Positions 60,019-64,000 of a stretch of 64,000 nt of DNA are shown piece after piece. Origin of the DNA: an uncultured archaeon (GTDB lineage: Archaea; Thermoplasmatota; Penumbrarchaeia; JASLWR01); NCBI GenBank assembly GCA_964342815.1, contig CAYFHS010000001.1:115849-179848 (forward strand), in the 5' to 3' direction. The stretch's first letter is position 1; every line of letters starts with the position of its first letter. A program made the position numbers and the translations under genes. A model generated the notes under the pieces. It had not been told where the DNA came from, did not search any database, and saw only the letters and a program-made list of their open reading frames with translations.

Positions 60019-60474
60019 ATGTCAGCAGCACCATATGATGTGTCCCCCCTTACCATGATACATGAAGTATTCCCCGGTGACACAAACGACTACGGAACAA
60101 TGTTTGGCGGCAATGTTATAGCTTTAATGGACAAAGCGGCAGGTATCTGTGCTTCCAAGTTCGCTCACGAGAACTTCGTCACTGCAAGTGTGGACAGATT
60201 GAAGTTTCTGGCTCCAATAAAACAGGGTCATGTTGTGGAAGCAACAGCAAGAATCGTATATACATCGAAACATACTGCCGGTCTTGAGGTAATCGTAACT
60301 TCCAGGGACCGGAAGAATTGGGTGGCCCAGCACTGCTGTACAGCCTATTTCTTCATGGTGGCCATCGGAATGGATGGCAAGATTAAGGAAATTCCCCAGT
60401 TTGTTCCTTCCACCGAAGATGAGCGGGAGCGATTCGAGGAAGTTGGATCGATACACAAACGTATTCGGAAATAA
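60019..60474 (+). CDS. Acyl-CoA thioesterase, HotDog fold (YciA-like)
   Basis: VFPGDTNDYGTMFGGNVIALMDKAA, VTASVDRLKFLAPI, FFMVAIG..G. Confidence 0.9.
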   Translation: MSAAPYDVSPLTMIHEVFPGDTNDYGTMFGGNVIALMDKAAGICASKFAHENFVTASVDRLKFLAPIKQGHVVEATARIVYTSKHTAGLEVIVTSRDRKNWVAQHCCTAYFFMVAIGMDGKIKEIPQFVPSTEDERERFEEVGSIHKRIRK

Positions 60475-60669
60475 GATATTTTTCACTCACAAGAATCATT
60501 GACCCATCATTTCAAATATTGCTCTTTTTTGTATCCCATAATTAAAATCTTCACCTTAAATTTATTAAATATAATGTCTATATATGATAGAAGGACGGAA
60601 GTAGTGACGAAACTCTTGGATATACTCCTCCCACGAAATAAGATAAATAATTATAGGTGGTAAATTCTC

Positions 60670-63600
60670 ATGAGAAAGATAATATTGCTGATGGTTATCT
60701 TGTTGTTGTTGGCACCCTTTAATGTATTCTTTACAGCCGACCGTTCATCGTTTGTTTCCAACACTGGTACAAACGACATGAACAATCAGCTTAATTCGCA
60801 GAGCGGCAGTAGAGATGCAACCTCGAACCCATACAATTCAATATTCTACGAAGATTTCGAAAGTGGATTTGTGAATTGGACATCGTCGGGTGCTGAGATC
60901 AACCAAGAAGCCCATAACGAACCGAGCCAATCGAACTCGGCCAACCTGGACGGCCAAGGAGATACTCTTACAACTAATGCCATAGATCTTCGCGGCTACG
61001 GTTACGGCCACATGGATTTCAACGTCCAACCTGGAGGCGGAAGTGATCCCCCGGAAGTAGGGGACGACCTCACTGCATGGATGAACCTGCAAACAGTCGG
61101 ATGGATGAGGGTAAACATCAGCAAGGGAACCGGATTATCATCACCAGATTTCACCGCTGTTTTCATCGGACTGCCCAAATCCGCATTCCATCAGAACTTT
61201 CAGATACGCTTCACCACTCAGAGTACTGGCGGAGGTACCGATGATTGGTACATTGATAATGTGAAAGTGATCGTTACCGAAGGATCAAATTTATTTTTTG
61301 ATGATTTTCCAGCAAATCCGCCGAACAATGCTTTATGGCCAGTGTCTGCGGGAACGCCGGTGGTGAATGGCAACGGCCAGAATATTCCAAGCACGGGTAC
61401 CGCGCTGAATTTGGACGGTTCCGCCGATACCTTGCAATCCAGGGAAATCAACCTGGCACGCATCAGTGAGGCATATTTGTATTATTGCTGGGAGCAGGGG
61501 GATGGCAGTAATGGCAATCGTGACGAACCCGAAAGTGGAGATGACTTTATTTTTGAATATTATGTTGTCGATCCGGCTCCCCAGTGGGTGCAGTTGGAGC
61601 TTGTGTCTCAGGAAGGAGGAAATGATCCGGGCCGACCGTACTTCATCTATTCCACCGTTTCTCTACCGTGGGATGCCCACCACGAACAGTTTAAATTCCG
61701 TATACGTACGAATCAGGCCGAAAATGGTCTTGATGATTGGTTCTTCGATAACATAGGATTGAATACTGCACCTTCCTATACTGCAGCATTTTTCGACAAT
61801 TTTGATGGCGGCCAACTTACCAACGAAAATTGGCCGTCCGGAAATCGGAAAGGTTCACCTCAGGTAAACAACAGGGGTGCGAATGAACCCTCACCGACCT
61901 ATTCAATGAATCTCGACGGAAGTGGGGACACGGTTATATCGACCACTATCGATATATCCTGGGCACCCTGGGCCACCCTGTCATACTGGTGGCAGCAGGG
62001 AGGAGGGGGTGACGAGCCTGAAGCTAATGACAATCTCATCGTCGAAATAAACGTGAGCTCCGGATGGCGGGTGGTCAAAACACACCTGGGTGCTACCCAG
62101 GGAACAAACACGTTTACCATGGAAGAATTCCCGCTGCCCCAGGATGCATTATACGACAAGTTCAGAGTAAAGTTCAGCACTACCCAGGGCCAGAACAGCC
62201 AGGATGATTGGTTTATCGATAACGTGAGCGTAAGAAAGGGAAAAGTGGCAAATCCGCCCGATATATTTGAAGATGCCTTCGATTCCGGGAACATTCAGTC
62301 GAATTGGGAAATATTGAAGGGTAATCCTCAGATCAACGGGGACGGTAAGAATGAACCGTCACCTTCATCTTCCCTGAATTTCGACGGTCAGGGTGATATG
62401 ATCGCCAGCGGCGGGATCGATCTGGGATCTTCCGGTTCGGCCATTTTCAGTTTCATGTGGCAGCAGACCGGGGACGCGAACGATCCTGAAAATGGAGACG
62501 ACCTATTTGCTGACATACTACTCCATCCAACAGGGTGGTTCAACGTATTCCACGCAAAGGGTGCGGACCAGGCTAAAAACTTCTATTCCAATTTCACATT
62601 CGTATTACCCAATACCGCACTACATGGCAATTTCAGAGTGAGATTCAGGGTGAGCTCTACGGAGGGAGTTGGAAAGGATGATTGGTTCGTCGACAACGTA
62701 TCGATAAAGGGTAATGCGGCCATTGGATTCAGAAAGGTGGGTGTATATTACGAATATTCCGACAGAGAGGAAGAAGGGATCAATCCGGTAAAAGCATTGA
62801 GCTCTCAATTTACCGATTTTAAGCTGTTCCTGTTCGATAACTACAAGTATGCGGCAGAAAATCTTAGTACCTTGGATTTTTTCATAATCTGTGAGCAGGA
62901 AAGTCTGGCAGCCGGCAAAGCAGGTGACATTCATAATTACTGGAAAAGTTCCATGACCGATTTATTCAACATTACCGGTAGGGTTGTAGTGCTCGATGGA
63001 GGCTCGGGAAATTCCAGGCTCTTGGTAAGTTCGTTTCTAAGCTCCAATGCCCATCAAAATGTCCCGGGAAATCCCAATATTGACAATGACATGCCCAACC
63101 ATCCAATTTCTAATGGATTGCCGAATATCTTCGCCGGTCCCACGGAAGTGGCACATTTTGCCGGGGTAAACGGAAGAGAGGTGATGTCCGTAAACAACAA
63201 TCCCGTGGTGGTTGAGAAACGAGCTGCACGGGGTTCGGTAATGCTTTTCGGCTTCGATTACTCGGAATGGAATGTATATACCGAGAAATTACTTTTCAAT
63301 GCATTCAACTGGTCAGTGACGAATAAAATCCATGCGGGCGAGCCCACTATTAAACGAAATGAGGTATTTGCAGGTCTTCCGGTAACGATGTTGGTGGATG
63401 TGGGCGACACCATCGGACCCGATGACGTCAGCAGGGTCAGGGTGGAATTCAACGATACAGGTGTGGGTTTCGAATACGAGAGTGAAAATGTAAGGAAATT
63501 TGGAAATAATAATGGGACTGTCTCTCTGGATTCATGGAAAGTTGAAAAAGGTGTGGAGAACTTTACACTTAATCTGACCCTATCTTTCGGGTGGGATTTC

Positions 63601-64000
63601 CCCGTTGGGGTGCCAGTGGACGTCAAGGTAAATGCCTATGCGTTAATGGCGGATAATGTTGAGAGCGAAAACGAAAGCCTGGATCTCTTTACCGTGAAGA
63701 ACGAGGTTAGTTTCTTTGGACAAGCCGTGGCAAAGAACGAGAGCGGCGAAGTAATACCATCCGGTGGTTACTGCAAGGCGGGTGAAATTATCACCATAAC
63801 CGGTATAAGGGTGGTTTACAGTGGAGAGGAGAACGTTTACCCGCCGGACGACCAATTCGATGTGAATCTTTGGGGAGACGGGGGTAACGACCACTGGATG
63901 GACATGGTATCATCAGGGGAGAATATCTCCATCGAAATCGTAGTGCCGAACCGGGGTATGGGGAATTATTCTTTCAAATTAAATCTTTCAGGTCCTGCTC
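60670..64000 (+). CDS. Partial large secreted protein: four tandem jelly-roll-like repeats + GATase/ThuA-like domain + divergent copy of the array stalk
   Basis: Not in the ORF track because no stop occurs in the window. ATG 60670 after AGGTGG; signal peptide MRKIILLMVILLLLAP; frame checked at 60841 and 63961; four repeats each ending DDW(Y/F)xDN(V/I). Confidence 0.85.
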   Translation, partial: MRKIILLMVILLLLAPFNVFFTADRSSFVSNTGTNDMNNQLNSQSGSRDATSNPYNSIFYEDFESGFVNWTSSGAEINQEAHNEPSQSNSANLDGQGDTLTTNAIDLRGYGYGHMDFNVQPGGGSDPPEVGDDLTAWMNLQTVGWMRVNISKGTGLSSPDFTAVFIGLPKSAFHQNFQIRFTTQSTGGGTDDWYIDNVKVIVTEGSNLFFDDFPANPPNNALWPVSAGTPVVNGNGQNIPSTGTALNLDGSADTLQSREINLARISEAYLYYCWEQGDGSNGNRDEPESGDDFIFEYYVVDPAPQWVQLELVSQEGGNDPGRPYFIYSTVSLPWDAHHEQFKFRIRTNQAENGLDDWFFDNIGLNTAPSYTAAFFDNFDGGQLTNENWPSGNRKGSPQVNNRGANEPSPTYSMNLDGSGDTVISTTIDISWAPWATLSYWWQQGGGGDEPEANDNLIVEINVSSGWRVVKTHLGATQGTNTFTMEEFPLPQDALYDKFRVKFSTTQGQNSQDDWFIDNVSVRKGKVANPPDIFEDAFDSGNIQSNWEILKGNPQINGDGKNEPSPSSSLNFDGQGDMIASGGIDLGSSGSAIFSFMWQQTGDANDPENGDDLFADILLHPTGWFNVFHAKGADQAKNFYSNFTFVLPNTALHGNFRVRFRVSSTEGVGKDDWFVDNVSIKGNAAIGFRKVGVYYEYSDREEEGINPVKALSSQFTDFKLFLFDNYKYAAENLSTLDFFIICEQESLAAGKAGDIHNYWKSSMTDLFNITGRVVVLDGGSGNSRLLVSSFLSSNAHQNVPGNPNIDNDMPNHPISNGLPNIFAGPTEVAHFAGVNGREVMSVNNNPVVVEKRAARGSVMLFGFDYSEWNVYTEKLLFNAFNWSVTNKIHAGEPTIKRNEVFAGLPVTMLVDVGDTIGPDDVSRVRVEFNDTGVGFEYESENVRKFGNNNGTVSLDSWKVEKGVENFTLNLTLSFGWDFPVGVPVDVKVNAYALMADNVESENESLDLFTVKNEVSFFGQAVAKNESGEVIPSGGYCKAGEIITITGIRVVYSGEENVYPPDDQFDVNLWGDGGNDHWMDMVSSGENISIEIVVPNRGMGNYSFKLNLSGPA

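Overview
Archaeal DNA, judged from an archaeal-type AlaRS, a VapBC-like pair and TATA/BRE-like upstream motifs. Thermoplasmata affinity is only my inference from the Zn-ribbon-tailed membrane proteins. The left third (1-23.5 kb) holds a partial TSP3-repeat/transglutaminase-like protein, a VIT-vWA-TM-wHTH protein, alaS, an SPFH protein, a repetitive Zn-ribbon protein, a sulfotransferase/CysH-LpxD fusion/acyltransferase/GT4 cluster, asnA and a membrane-anchored C25 (gingipain-family) peptidase. The dominant feature (23.7-59.8 kb) is a co-oriented array of eight paralogous ~1350-1470 aa predicted single-pass surface proteins. They share a conserved stalk (FN3/Ig-like, PKD, TSP3-like), a TM helix, a Pro/Gln-rich tail with conserved short motifs and a C-terminal Zn ribbon. 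Each has a different ~200-300 aa N-terminal head: LamG, four GATase/ThuA-like folds (one apparently circularly permuted), two beta-propeller-like heads and a clearly olfactomedin-like domain. A VapBC-like module sits in the middle of the array, and three paralogs carry a 108-bp in-frame palindromic insert with compensatory base changes. A divergent ninth relative, not in the ORF track, starts at 60670 and runs off the window. No rRNA, tRNA, CRISPR, transposase or reverse transcriptase was seen. All domain calls are by-eye motif recognition, not database searches.
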